From contig CAVRZA010000002.1 in NCBI GenBank assembly GCA_963725665.1, positions 320,001 through 384,000 on the forward strand: a stretch of DNA of 64,000 nt. Direction: 5' to 3'. Of this stretch, positions 8,836-18,511 are shown one piece after another; within the stretch, counting starts at the first letter, position 1, and the number at the start of each line of letters is the position of its first letter. The position numbers were made by a program, and so were the translations under genes. The notes below the pieces were generated by a model that saw nothing but the letters and a program-made list of their open reading frames with translations, had not been told where the DNA came from and ran no database searches. The DNA is from an uncultured Actinomycetes bacterium (GTDB lineage: Bacteria > Actinomycetota > Thermoleophilia > UBA2241).

Positions 8836-11262
8836 TCAGGGCACGCGGACCGCGATCGCCGTCGACTGCGCCGCCTTGTTGACGGCGCTGCCCAAGAACG
8901 AGGCACGGACACGGTAGTTGCCGTCCGCCGGGTTCCAGGTCGCGCGCGCGTAGCCGTCGGCGGCCGTCTTCGCGGTGGCGATCTTCTTCCAGCCGCTGGC
9001 GGTCCAGCGCTGGAAGGTCACGCTGGCCCCAACCTGGGTCGGGGTCACACGCGCCGCCAGCCGGACGCCTCCCGGCCGGACAACGGCGGTGAGGCCCACT
9101 TTCGCCCTGATGCCGGCCGTCCGCTTGCCCGTGGCTCCCAGGTACTGATCGTCACCGCCCCAGACGGCGGTGAGCACGGTGTTCTTGGTAAGGCCCGTCA
9201 CCTCCGCCAAGAAGACCCCGCGACGCGAATCCGGATCCCACGTCACCGGGACGGCGCCGTCGACGAGGGTCTCGGTCGTCGCGTCGACGGCGCGTCTGTA
9301 GAGCGCCACCGTGGTGTCGCCGGCGACGGCGTCGATCGTGCCCATGACCAGGACCGGCTGTCTGTAGCCGGCCGTGCGCGGGACCAGCTCGAGGTTGAGC
9401 GCCGTCGTCTGCTTGACCGCGTTGCCGTAGACGACCTTGTCGAGGCGGGTCGAGGCCGCGATGGAGTCGATGGATCCTGCGCCGTCGCCTGCCGGGCCGG
9501 CGTCGCCACCTTCGCCGCCGGGCAGGTAGGTGATCTGCAGGTCGTTGTTCGTGGGCATGGCGTCGATCTCGGCGACGATGTCGGCGACGGTCATCGGCTC
9601 TGCCATGGCCTGCGCGGGGGAGACCTCCCCTGCGTAGTACTCGTCACTCGAGTAGCCGCTGTCGGAGCCACTCGCGGTCAGCGTGCCGGACAGAGGGGCC
9701 CCCTCGGGGATGGTGAGCGTCGTTTCGACGGTGTCGAGCGTGGCCTGGCCGTAGATGCGCACGGTCGTCACCACGGTGTTGTCGCCCACCTTGAGGCCTC
9801 CCGGCACCGCCACGTCGACGATGGTCGCCGACCTGCGCACCGGGGCGATGGTCGCCTGGAAGTCGACGGAGACGATGTGCGCCGGGGCCAGGCCGTTGTC
9901 GTTGGCGGTGAGCATCGAGGTGATCATGTCGGGCTCATAGGTCGGCCACCACAGGACGTCATAGCCGTCGTCCCACAGGTTGGTGCGCGTCACCGTGCGG
10001 TCGGCGACGCCGTCGTTCACCACCACGGTCGTCGTCGTCTCCATGCTGCCGGCGAGGTAACCGGCGTCGACGGCCTCATAGATGGGGAAGCTCGACGCGT
10101 AGCCGGCGTAGCCTTGCCACTCCGGGCTGTCGGCCACCCACACCGGCACGTAACTGGTGCTGTCGACGGTCTTGCTCGCCGGGAGCCAGGTCGCGTGGGC
10201 GGTGAGGGGCGTCTCCAAGGGGATCAGCGACGTCGTGCCGGCGATACCGAACATCCGGTCCTGGGTGATCGTCCCTCTGATCTTGCCCGGTGAGATCAGC
10301 TTGAAGGGCGCGTCGCGGTTCGGCCAGATACCGTGCACGTACCCGTTGGCGAGCTCCATGCCGCTGCTGCCCGACTCGAACATCGGATGGCCGAAGGCGA
10401 CGACCACGTCGTCGTGCGCATAGGTGACCGTGCCGAGACCGCCCGACCACACGTCGCCGTGCATGAGCATGGCGCCGACGGCGGCGCCGCCGACGAAGGG
10501 TGTCTCGAAGTCCGGCGCCGAACCGAGACCGACCGGCCCGGCGGGCAGCACGCTGACGCCGTGCTTGCTCAACAGCGCCGAGTAGTGCTTGAAGGCGGGG
10601 TTGGTCTCGGGAAGACCGCCGAGCTGTATCACCGCGAGCGGGGCGACCACGGCCGTCCCCTTCTTCGCCTTGACCTCCTTGGCGGCAGCGACGCTCGGAG
10701 CTATCACGACCTTGTCGATGAGGCCGCCGCTGGTCGCGACCGGTCTGTCGAGCGTAAGCGGGGCGAGCGTGGGCACGACGGGATGGTCGGTCTCGATCGC
10801 CGCCATGTATTGGATCGGTGTCGCCAGGCCGAGGCCGCCGATCGTCTGGTAGTAGCCGTAGGAGAGAGCCCCGATCAGCTTGTCGGTGCCGCCATCGGAG
10901 ACGTAGAGCGGGCTCCCGCTCATCCCCATGGCTATGCCTCCCGCTCTCTCGATCACCGAACCCGTGGCTTCGAACAGGATGAAGGGCACGTAGGTGCCGA
11001 CATCGGGGTCGGCGGTGATGCTGAGCACGGTGAGAGGTATGTCGGTGATGGTCGCGCCGGAGACCACTGTCTTGAGGTACCCGGGCACGGTGCCGTCGGG
11101 AGAGGCGTCGAGGAGAGCCTGGAGCCCGGCCAGGTCGAGCGTCGGCTCGGTCGGCGCCGCTGAGGCCGGAGGAGCGAGGCCGCAGACTGCGGTGACGATG
11201 AGCAACGCCATCATCAGACAGAGGAGTGCGCGACCTGACATGCGTGGATGGATGTGCCTCAT
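8836..11262 (-). CDS. Secreted SpoIVB/peptidase S55-domain protein with C-terminal Ig-like repeats
   Basis: Signal peptide ending in ASA-AP; GIAMGMSGSPLY, IGALSYG, TPI, AFGHPM, QDR motifs; RBS GGGGAG before ATG 11262. Confidence 0.75.
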   Translation of the reverse strand: MRHIHPRMSGRALLCLMMALLIVTAVCGLAPPASAAPTEPTLDLAGLQALLDASPDGTVPGYLKTVVSGATITDIPLTVLSITADPDVGTYVPFILFEATGSVIERAGGIAMGMSGSPLYVSDGGTDKLIGALSYGYYQTIGGLGLATPIQYMAAIETDHPVVPTLAPLTLDRPVATSGGLIDKVVIAPSVAAAKEVKAKKGTAVVAPLAVIQLGGLPETNPAFKHYSALLSKHGVSVLPAGPVGLGSAPDFETPFVGGAAVGAMLMHGDVWSGGLGTVTYAHDDVVVAFGHPMFESGSSGMELANGYVHGIWPNRDAPFKLISPGKIRGTITQDRMFGIAGTTSLIPLETPLTAHATWLPASKTVDSTSYVPVWVADSPEWQGYAGYASSFPIYEAVDAGYLAGSMETTTTVVVNDGVADRTVTRTNLWDDGYDVLWWPTYEPDMITSMLTANDNGLAPAHIVSVDFQATIAPVRRSATIVDVAVPGGLKVGDNTVVTTVRIYGQATLDTVETTLTIPEGAPLSGTLTASGSDSGYSSDEYYAGEVSPAQAMAEPMTVADIVAEIDAMPTNNDLQITYLPGGEGGDAGPAGDGAGSIDSIAASTRLDKVVYGNAVKQTTALNLELVPRTAGYRQPVLVMGTIDAVAGDTTVALYRRAVDATTETLVDGAVPVTWDPDSRRGVFLAEVTGLTKNTVLTAVWGGDDQYLGATGKRTAGIRAKVGLTAVVRPGGVRLAARVTPTQVGASVTFQRWTASGWKKIATAKTAADGYARATWNPADGNYRVRASFLGSAVNKAAQSTAIAVRVP

Positions 11263-11473
11263 GACTCCCCCATTCACTTGAGCGAGCCTCCGAGCAGGGC
11301 ACCCTGCCTCGCGGCTCGCCACTATTAGACCACATTCCGTACTGCGCGTTTCGCATGCATGTGCCGCGACGGTCTGAGCGACTCGTCGCAGGATGCCTGA
11401 AGGCCGTCGAGGCAGGAGACGAGGGGGAGGCTTCGCGCGCAACGGGGGTCGCACGAGCGCGCCTCGACAACGT

Positions 11474-11617
11474 GAAGGCGGCGCCTGGAGGGTGGGGCGC
11501 CGCCTTCTGCGGGGTGTGTGTCGGTGTGGTGAGAAAGCCGGTTCCGAGGGAGGGGGCGGGCCGGGACAGTCTGCCCTCGACCGGCGAAGCAAACTCACCT
11601 TCCGACCGTGGAAACCC
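11474..11617 (-). ncRNA. Candidate structured small RNA (unassigned family)
   Basis: Own promoter, long imperfect rod 11520-11606 and 12-bp GC hairpin 11474-11507. Confidence 0.4.
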
Positions 11618-11623
11618 ACAAAA

Positions 11624-11652
11624 AGAATACGCTTGCGTGCGGACGGGGTCAA
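11624..11652 (-). promoter_or_regulatory. Sigma70-type promoter TTGACC-N17-TATTCT
   Basis: Exact 17-bp spacing; same -35 hexamer as the SRP RNA promoter. Confidence 0.65.
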
Positions 11653-11750
11653 GCAACGAGCGACGAGTGCCAGCCGCTTGCCGCGGGTATCGCTCCTCCG
11701 TTGAGGCGATGACTGCGGTGTTCCAAGGCACTCAGGCGCGCGGCTTTGCC

Positions 11751-11820
11751 CTCGGCCGTGGCGTCAGCCGTCGTCTCGGCCGTGGCGTCAGCCGTCGTCG
11801 GCGGGCGTCAGCCGTCGTCT
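11751..11820. repeat. Short tandem repeat (24-bp unit x2 plus one degenerate copy)
   Basis: CTCGGCCGTGGCGTCAGCCGTCGT x2, then CGGCGGGCGTCAGCCGTCGT. Confidence 0.85.
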
Positions 11821-11865
11821 CAGCTTGTGTCGGTCGTCCTCTCGGCTGACGAATCAGCCGCTCTC

Positions 11866-12705
11866 TCAGCCGGCGCGCGCCTTGATGGAGAAGGAGAGTG
11901 GAAAGTCGTCCCCGTGTCCACGCACGCGTAGCCAACCGTCGTCTCCCTGCTCGAGGAAGGGGAACACAAGGCCGGTGCAGTAGGGGAACTCGTGAAGATA
12001 GTCGAGGCGCAGACCGGCCGAGGTCAGGGAGGAGACGATCTCACCGAGGCCGTGTGACCACTCGTACGACACGTGTGACTCCGTCTTCACGGCGGGAGCG
12101 GCGTAGGAGCTGTCGGACTCGAAGGAGAGGGGCTCGCTGCGCGCCAGGTAGGGGTAGCGGACGATGAGGTCGGCGCGTTTGTCGTCGAGGGTGAGGACGA
12201 ACGGGTGGAAGTCGACGATGTAGAAGATGCCGCCCGGCCGCAGGTGGCGCGCTATGAGCCGCCCCCATGCGGTCAGGTCGGACAGCCACATCAGCACCCC
12301 CCACGAGGTGAAGACGACGTCGAAGCGTTCGTCGAGGTGGGCCGGCAGGTCGTAGAGGTCGGACTGGATGAAGCGGCACCCTTCATCCAGTCCGACCTCT
12401 CGCGCCAAACGGTTGGCGAGCGCGATGGCCTTGTCGGAGAAGTCGACGCCTGTGGCACGAGCTCCGAGGCGTGTCCACGAGAGTGTGTCGAGGCCGAAGT
12501 GGCACTGCAGATGGAGCAGCGTGGTCCCCTGACGGACGTCCGGTCCGAGCTCCTGGAGCTCGATGGAAAGCAGGGTCTGGCGGCCGGCGAGGAACCCCTC
12601 CACGTCGTAGAACGCGGAGCCCTCGTGGATCTCAGTCCAGGCGTTCCAGTGCTCGAGGTTCGCGCGCGTGTACTCGCGCCGGCGCCGGTCGTCGCCTGAC
12701 GGCAT
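11866..12705 (-). CDS. Class I SAM-dependent methyltransferase
   Basis: LLHLQCHFGLDT, GVDFS, FDVVFTSWG, LRPGG, DFHP. Confidence 0.88.
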   Translation of the reverse strand: MPSGDDRRRREYTRANLEHWNAWTEIHEGSAFYDVEGFLAGRQTLLSIELQELGPDVRQGTTLLHLQCHFGLDTLSWTRLGARATGVDFSDKAIALANRLAREVGLDEGCRFIQSDLYDLPAHLDERFDVVFTSWGVLMWLSDLTAWGRLIARHLRPGGIFYIVDFHPFVLTLDDKRADLIVRYPYLARSEPLSFESDSSYAAPAVKTESHVSYEWSHGLGEIVSSLTSAGLRLDYLHEFPYCTGLVFPFLEQGDDGWLRVRGHGDDFPLSFSIKARAG

Positions 12706-12718
12706 CGCTCTCTGACGC

Positions 12719-13075
12719 CTACGGTCCGACGCGCTCGAGCGTCCAGTCGCCGTCGACGAGACGCAGCGCGAAGCGCCCGGCGCACATCGGGCATTTGAGC
12801 TCCGTACCCTCGGCCGGCGCCGCGCCGTAATCGATCTGCCAGCCGCACATGGGGCAGAAGAACAGCACGGCGACGTCGTCGGCACGGAAGTCCTCGATGA
12901 GCTTGCGCAAGCCGCGGACGTGGCCGGCCTCGGCGCGCGCGAGGTCCTTGAACAGCTCTTTGAGTGGGGGATCGCCGACCGCGGCGGCGTACTTGCCGTA
13001 GAGCTTGACCGCCGTCTGCTCGAACTCGAGGTCGGACTCGAGGGCGCCGAGCGCCCAGGTGTACCCGCGCATCAT
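12719..13075 (-). CDS. Ferritin-like helix pair plus rubredoxin-like CxxC-x17-CxxC domain
   Basis: LEFEQTAVKLY...AEAGH; CPMC...CPMC. Confidence 0.7.
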   Translation of the reverse strand: MMRGYTWALGALESDLEFEQTAVKLYGKYAAAVGDPPLKELFKDLARAEAGHVRGLRKLIEDFRADDVAVLFFCPMCGWQIDYGAAPAEGTELKCPMCAGRFALRLVDGDWTLERVGP

Positions 13076-13305
13076 CTCGCCGCCCCCCGTTGCCCGAGCG
13101 CCGTGATCCGCGCGCGCAGCTCGTCGCGGTGCTCCGTCTCGTTGCGCCTCAGCGCCTCCCAGTAGGCGAACAGGCGGGGGTCGGTCGCGCGCAGGCTCTG
13201 CTCCGTATAGCGCGCGACCGCCTCCTCCTCGAGCTCAAGTGCCGCGCGCAGGATCGCCGCATCGCCCTGCTCGCGAAGCGCCACCACGTCGTGTGGCTCG
13301 GGCAC
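13072..13305 (-). CDS. Small ferritin-like (rubrerythrin half) protein, 77 aa
   Basis: GTG overlapping the upstream TAG; LELEEEAVARY...NETEH. Confidence 0.65.
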   Translation of the reverse strand: MPEPHDVVALREQGDAAILRAALELEEEAVARYTEQSLRATDPRLFAYWEALRRNETEHRDELRARITALGQRGAAR

Positions 13306-13502
13306 TACGCCTCGTAGGTGACGCAGCGGATGAGGCCGATCGTCTCGCCGCTCTCGCCCGTCGTCGTGGTGTCGCTGACGGCGAACACGGTCGTCGCCTT
13401 CTCTGCCGCGAGAAAGTCGGCCACCGCCGCGTCGAGGTCCGCGAGCTCGCGCGGGGTGGCGAAGATCTTGATCGGCGTCATGAACGTCTTCACCCTGATC
13501 AT
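13305..13502 (-). CDS. Small hypothetical protein, 65 aa
   Basis: RBS AAGGAG; MIRVKTFMTPIKIFATPRELADLD...GLIRCVTYEA; first gene of a coupled operon. Confidence 0.65.
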   Translation of the reverse strand: MIRVKTFMTPIKIFATPRELADLDAAVADFLAAEKATTVFAVSDTTTTGESGETIGLIRCVTYEA

Positions 13503-13631
13503 GCCACTCCTTTCTCTCTGAGATGACGAGTGTATCAGCGGCTGCGGGAGAGATGTGCGCGAGTCTTGTGAAAGCCTGCACCTGCGTATCGGAGTGGTGA
13601 TAAGATGTGCTCCGAGGACTATAGTGTGGCG

Positions 13632-14333
13632 ATGAACGCTTATGACTTGGACATGGCGCGCCTGGGGCGCATCGGCGAGGCGCTCGGTGACGGTACGCGG
13701 CGATCGCTCTACCGCCACGTGGTCGAGGCGGAGGTGCCGCAGTCGGCCGGCGAGCTGGGGGCGGCGTTCGGTCTCCATCGCACCGTCGCGCGTTCGCATC
13801 TGGAGAAGCTGGTCGAGATGGGGCTCCTGCAGGTCGGCACACGACGCCGGGCCCAGGGCGGCCGACCATCCAAGGTCTACTTCCCTTCCGAAGAACGTCT
13901 CGAGGTGCAACTCCCGCCGCGGCGCTATGAGTGGCTGGCGCGTCTGCTCGTGCAGCTTCTCGGCCGGCTCCCCGGCGACCACTACGAGATGGCCATCGAT
14001 GTCGGCCACGAACACGGCCGCAACCTGGCGCGCGCCGGCCTCGTCGACGGCGTCGTGACGTCCCGCGACGCTCGTCTCACACCGCAAGAAGTCGTGCAGT
14101 GGCTCGGCGACAACGGTTATCGCGCCCGCCTAGGCAACGGCAAGCCGCCGACCGTCACCATCGACGTGACCAACTGCGTCTATCAGGAGGTCGCGCTGCT
14201 CGCTCCGGCGATGGTCTGCGCCTTCGACCAGGGGATGATCTGCGGTCTCCTCGGCGTGAGTCCAAGCAACCACCGGCAGGTGCGCTCGATCCTCGACGGC
14301 GACGAGCTCTGCCGCCACGAGATCACGTTGTGA
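13632..14333 (+). CDS. ArsR-type HTH regulator with Cys-containing C-terminal sensor (SufR-like)
   Basis: ALGDGTRRSL, VARSHLEKL, GRPSKVY, NCVY...C...C; -10 TATAGT 7 nt before ATG (leaderless). Confidence 0.8.
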   Translation: MNAYDLDMARLGRIGEALGDGTRRSLYRHVVEAEVPQSAGELGAAFGLHRTVARSHLEKLVEMGLLQVGTRRRAQGGRPSKVYFPSEERLEVQLPPRRYEWLARLLVQLLGRLPGDHYEMAIDVGHEHGRNLARAGLVDGVVTSRDARLTPQEVVQWLGDNGYRARLGNGKPPTVTIDVTNCVYQEVALLAPAMVCAFDQGMICGLLGVSPSNHRQVRSILDGDELCRHEITL

Positions 14334-14393
14334 CTCCCTAGGGCCGACCGCCGTCGCCGGCGCCCTCGTCGTCCCAGTGCGACCCGACCGCCC

Positions 14394-14786
14394 CTACCAG
14401 CCCGGCAGCGCCTGCTCGCCCTCGAGCGCCCGCAGGGCCGTGACATCCTGGTTGACCTCGAGGATGCCCCGGTAGCGTCCTTCTTCGTCGCGCACCGCGA
14501 AGTAGCGCGTGTGTTTTGTCTTTCCCCGCTCCTGCGACCACCCTTCGGCGACGTCCCTCGTCCCGGCATGGAACTCCTGCAGGATGCGCTCCAGCGTCTC
14601 GAGGCTCTGCTCGGGATGGCAGTCGCGCACGTCACGGCCGATGTAGCGCGCGTCGCACGTCTTGTAGGTCGCGCCCGACCAGTAACGCAGCACGTCGGCC
14701 TCGTCGGCGAAGCTGATGTCGACGGGCAACGCGCGCAGAAGGAGCATGACTTGCTCGTCGTCGAGCGTGCCTCGCTGGAAGTACAT
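14394..14786 (-). CDS. PAS-domain protein (DUF438 C-terminal type)
   Basis: LPVDISFADE, IGRDVRDCHP, YFAVRDEEGRYRGILEVNQD; RBS AAGGAGG. Confidence 0.8.
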   Translation of the reverse strand: MYFQRGTLDDEQVMLLLRALPVDISFADEADVLRYWSGATYKTCDARYIGRDVRDCHPEQSLETLERILQEFHAGTRDVAEGWSQERGKTKHTRYFAVRDEEGRYRGILEVNQDVTALRALEGEQALPGW

Positions 14787-14812
14787 GGGGCCTCCTTGTC
14801 GTCGGCGCCAGT

Positions 14813-15481
14813 CTACCGCCCGCGGCTTGGATCTGCTCCATGGCCCTGCGAGCCCGGCGACCGCCGCGAGCCGGATCGCCAAGGCAGCGACACGCGGCTC
14901 TCGGTGCCCCGCAGGAGGCGTACCACGTTCGCACGGTGTGCCCAGATCACGACGGCGGTCACGGCGACCGCTGAAACCCGGTAGGCAGTCGGCTCGGGGA
15001 AGACGAAGGTGAGGACGGCGAAGCTGACCGCGGCCAGGATCGAAGCCAGGCTGACGTATCGCGTCACAGCGATGACGAGCAGCCACTCCGCGTAGACGAT
15101 GACGAATATGGGCCACATGAGGGCGAGGATGATGCCGGAGGCGGTCGCCACGCCTTTGCCGCCCCGGAACCGCAGGAACACTGAGCGCATGTGCCCGACG
15201 ACGGGAGTGACGGCGACAAGCACCGTGAGCCACGGTGGCAGCAGAAGTGAAGCCACATACGCGGGCGCGAAGCCCTTGGCGGTGTCGCAGACCAGGACCA
15301 GGGCTCCGGCGACGGACCCGAGACTGCGGTACGTGTTCGTCGTCCCGATGTTGCCCGACCCGAAGTCGCGCACGTCGATGCCGTAGAACAAGCGGCCGAT
15401 GAGCAGGCCGAAGGGGATCGAGCCGATGAGGTAGCCGGCGAGGCCGAGGACGAGGGCGAGTGTGAGCTCGTGGATATCCAT
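14813..15481 (-). CDS. plsY: Glycerol-3-phosphate acyltransferase PlsY
   Basis: YLIGSIP, GSGNIGTTN, DTAKG, FRGGKGVAT, HRAN. Confidence 0.95.
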   Translation of the reverse strand: MDIHELTLALVLGLAGYLIGSIPFGLLIGRLFYGIDVRDFGSGNIGTTNTYRSLGSVAGALVLVCDTAKGFAPAYVASLLLPPWLTVLVAVTPVVGHMRSVFLRFRGGKGVATASGIILALMWPIFVIVYAEWLLVIAVTRYVSLASILAAVSFAVLTFVFPEPTAYRVSAVAVTAVVIWAHRANVVRLLRGTESRVSLPWRSGSRRSPGSQGHGADPSRGR

Positions 15482-15539
15482 GGCTACATCGTGTTAGACG
15501 CGGCGTCGCCGGGAGAGGTTACGCGGCGGACTCCGAGGC

Positions 15540-16208
15540 TCACCAGTACCTGGTGACCGGCGGCGCCTCGAGCGCCGCGCGCAGCGCCCGCTGTGCATCG
15601 CCGATCACGGCCGGTCCATGTGTGACGAGGACGTGAGCGACATCGAGCGCCGCCAGGGGTTGCAGGGTGGGCAGGAACCGCTCGTTGTACCAGGTGGGCT
15701 CGACGCGCCCCTGCGCCCAGATACGCAGGCTCCCATCGGGCATGCCGACCACGGCGTCCCCGAAAGCGAGGGCGCGCCGCGAAGGGAAGTACAGGGGAGT
15801 CTCGTACCGTCTCGGTCTGCCAATGGCGACGGCGCGCGCGAGCGGCCCCAGCGGCGCGCCAACGTCGATGTGCTCGAGCGGCGTGCCGGGATTCGTGAAC
15901 CGCTTGCCCACCGCGGGGTGCCCCCAGATCCGCGTCTCGACCGTCTCGTGCCAGTCCCACCAGAGCTTCTCGGCGCTGCGTGTGTGGTAGGGGATGGTGA
16001 TGAGCAGGTCGATCCGTGGCGCGGTGCGCGTGAGGCCGTCGAGCTGTCGCAGGAGTGCGTCGCCTGCCGGCCCGTCTGGCAGCAGGGGGTCGACGAGGGC
16101 CAGTCCCTCGGGAGCGGTCAGGGCGTAGCACGCCACCTCCTCGGCGCTGGTGCGGTACTCCGGGTGTGGCGCGGTCCAGCGGTAGACGCCGGGGCTGAGT
16201 TGCTTCAT
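15540..16208 (-). CDS. MBL-fold-like hydrolase
   Basis: LVDP, TIPYHTRS, FGDA, VTHG. Confidence 0.6.
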   Translation of the reverse strand: MKQLSPGVYRWTAPHPEYRTSAEEVACYALTAPEGLALVDPLLPDGPAGDALLRQLDGLTRTAPRIDLLITIPYHTRSAEKLWWDWHETVETRIWGHPAVGKRFTNPGTPLEHIDVGAPLGPLARAVAIGRPRRYETPLYFPSRRALAFGDAVVGMPDGSLRIWAQGRVEPTWYNERFLPTLQPLAALDVAHVLVTHGPAVIGDAQRALRAALEAPPVTRYW

Positions 16209-17080
16209 GACTGCCTCCCACCGTGTCGAGTGTCGTTGTCGGGTGTCGACGCCTCGTGTGGCGATGAGGCTATGATGCCCGCGCGCGCCGCCTTGGCCAA
16301 CGGGACCGGTGGCTCGTCCCCGGGGTAGTACCAGAAGCCCCTCGTCTGACCGCCGTCGACGACGAGCATCTCGCCGTTGACGTAGGACGCGTCGTCTGAG
16401 GCGAGGAAGAGGACGGCGGCGGCCTGCTCCTCGGGCCTCGCCGGGCGGCGCAGGGGTATGCGGCGCATCTGCTCGCGGTAGACGTCCGGGTCATCGAGGT
16501 CGTCGCCCAGCATCGGCGTCAGCGTGAGGCCCGGCGCGACGCTGTTGCAGCGCACGCCGAGGTGACCGAGCTCGTAGGCCATGCACTGCGTGAGCATGGT
16601 GAGGCCGGCCTTGGAGGCACAGTACGAGGCGTCGGGTGACTCCGCGTAGTAGGCGCAGATCGAGCTCACGTTGACGATGGCGCCGCCGCCCGCCGCGACC
16701 ATGTGGCGGGCGGCCTCCTGCGCGGCGACGAAAGCGCCGCTGAGGTTGCTGTCGAGGGTGTCGCACCAGCTCTCGTAGCTCATCTCCAGCACCGGCTCGC
16801 TGCGGGCGATGCCGGCGCAGTTGACGAGCACGTCGAGGCGGCCGGCGAGCTCGATCACACGGCGCACGACCTGCCTCACCGCCGCGGCGTCACGCACGTC
16901 GAGCGTCAGCACTTCGACGGAGCCCTCGCGCGCTGCGGCGCGCACCGCGTGAAGCTCGCGTTCGCGCCGCGCGGCCGCGAAGACGTGGCCGCCCTCGCGC
17001 GCGAACGCGAGCACGGTCGCACGTCCGATGCCGCTCGACCCTCCCGTCACGAGGACGGTCTTGCCCGCGAAGCGTTCCAT
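16205..17080 (-). CDS. SDR-family oxidoreductase
   Basis: TGGSSGIG, NCAG, YCASK, VDGG. Confidence 0.92.
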   Translation of the reverse strand: MERFAGKTVLVTGGSSGIGRATVLAFAREGGHVFAAARRERELHAVRAAAREGSVEVLTLDVRDAAAVRQVVRRVIELAGRLDVLVNCAGIARSEPVLEMSYESWCDTLDSNLSGAFVAAQEAARHMVAAGGGAIVNVSSICAYYAESPDASYCASKAGLTMLTQCMAYELGHLGVRCNSVAPGLTLTPMLGDDLDDPDVYREQMRRIPLRRPARPEEQAAAVLFLASDDASYVNGEMLVVDGGQTRGFWYYPGDEPPVPLAKAARAGIIASSPHEASTPDNDTRHGGRQS

Positions 17081-17225
17081 GATCCACCTTTCGCCGCTGA
17101 CGTCGTGGCCGAGCCTAGGGGGGTGGCCGGAAGGGCGTCAAGATGCACGGCCCTGGAAGCGCCGACCTTGGGGTGCGGATGCGGTCTGGCCCAGAAGCTG
17201 CCGACGCGAGCTGTAGACTCCGCGG

Positions 17226-18174
17226 ATGGCACGTCTTCTGCTCATCGGCGTCGACTTCGACTCCTGCGCTCGCGACGGGGCGGTCGCCGACGCCGCCACC
17301 GAGCTGCGCCGTCTGGGACTGGTCGACCGGCTCGCGTTGCGCCACGACGTCGTCGACTGGGGGGAGCTCATCACCTCGGCGCCGGTAGCCGAACGGAGCG
17401 CCGCGTCGGGCCTGCTGAACGAGGAGGCTCTACTGCTGCTGGTACGGCGCCTGCGCGACGCCGTCGGCTACGGTCTGAGCGAGGATGCGACCCCGATGGT
17501 GTACGGCGCCGACTGCGCTGTCCTGCTGGGCGCGCTCGCCGGCGCGCGCGACGCACTGGGCGAGGTCGGTCTGGTCTTCGTCGACGGCCACGAGGACGCT
17601 TTCGACCTGGAGACGTCGCCCGACGGGCAGGCAGACCGACAGCGTGCTGGCGCTCGCCGCGGGGCTCACCGGTGAGCGTGTACCCGTCCCGTTGCGCGAG
17701 CTCCTGCCGGTCGTGCGGGCCGAGCGGCTGGCGCTGCTCGGCCCGCGCGACCGGCAGGAGCTCGCGGCGCACGGCCAATCCTCGCTGCGCGAACGGCTCG
17801 GCGAGGGCCTCTTCTTCGCGAGCGACGACGAGCTTCGCGAGGCGGGCTTCGCCGCCTGCGGGCGTGAGGCGGCGCTGGTGGCCGCGGGGGGTGGGGAGGA
17901 GCTGCGTGCGGGCAAGCCTGGGGCCCGGGCCGGCCGCTGGTGGCTGCACATCGACTTCGACGTACTGAGCGGCGGGGCTTTTCCGGCGCAGGATTCTCTC
18001 TCGTTGGGCGGTCTCTCGTGGCAGGAGCTTCTCGAGCTCGTCTCGGCGGCCCTCGGCGTGCGCGGCTGCTGCGGCGTCTCGCTCGTGATCTACAACCCCG
18101 AGCTCGATCCCGACCACGTCGTCGGCAGGCTGATCGTCGACTTCGCCGAGCGCCTCGCGGCGCTGCTCACCTAG
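17226..18174 (+). CDS. Arginase/ureohydrolase family protein, frameshifted near 17635
   Basis: GADC, VDGHED in the first frame; [26 protein letters not shown] in the second frame. Confidence 0.7.
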
Positions 18175-18386
18175 CCGCTGCGCGTCGACCCGGCGCCGCG
18201 GTCTTCGTCGGGCGCGGCGGCCGGCGGGCCATCGGCCCGCCGGCCGCCGCGCCGCTTGCGCACCGCTTCGCGCAGGATGTACTCGACCTGGGCGTTCACG
18301 CTGCGCAGCTCTTCGGCGGCCCACCCTTCGAGCTGCCGCCAGAGCTCGGGGTCGATGCGCAAGAGGAACTGTTTGCGCGCGGCCAC
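18171..18386 (-). CDS. Small ribbon-helix-helix-like protein usually paired with SPFH genes
   Basis: [10 protein letters not shown]...[17 protein letters not shown]. Confidence 0.75.
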   Translation of the reverse strand: MAARKQFLLRIDPELWRQLEGWAAEELRSVNAQVEYILREAVRKRRGGRRADGPPAAAPDEDRGAGSTRSG

Positions 18387-18511
18387 GTCAGATCACCGAG
18401 CAGACATGAGAGGCCGACGGCCGACATGGGCGCCGTCGCGCGCCGTCAGAGGCGCGAGGCCAGGTCGGGAGCTGCCGACCGTCATCGGCACGAAGCCCAC
18501 TGCCCGCGCGG

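Noticed and set aside
11665-11752. c-di-GMP-I riboswitch-like text (GCAAAGCC...GGCAAGCGGCTG) on the minus strand
   Set aside because: Lacks the GNRA-capped stem that should precede it, and it lies upstream of the identified promoter
11751-11820. CRISPR-like repeats
   Set aside because: Contiguous tandem units with no unique spacers and no cas genes
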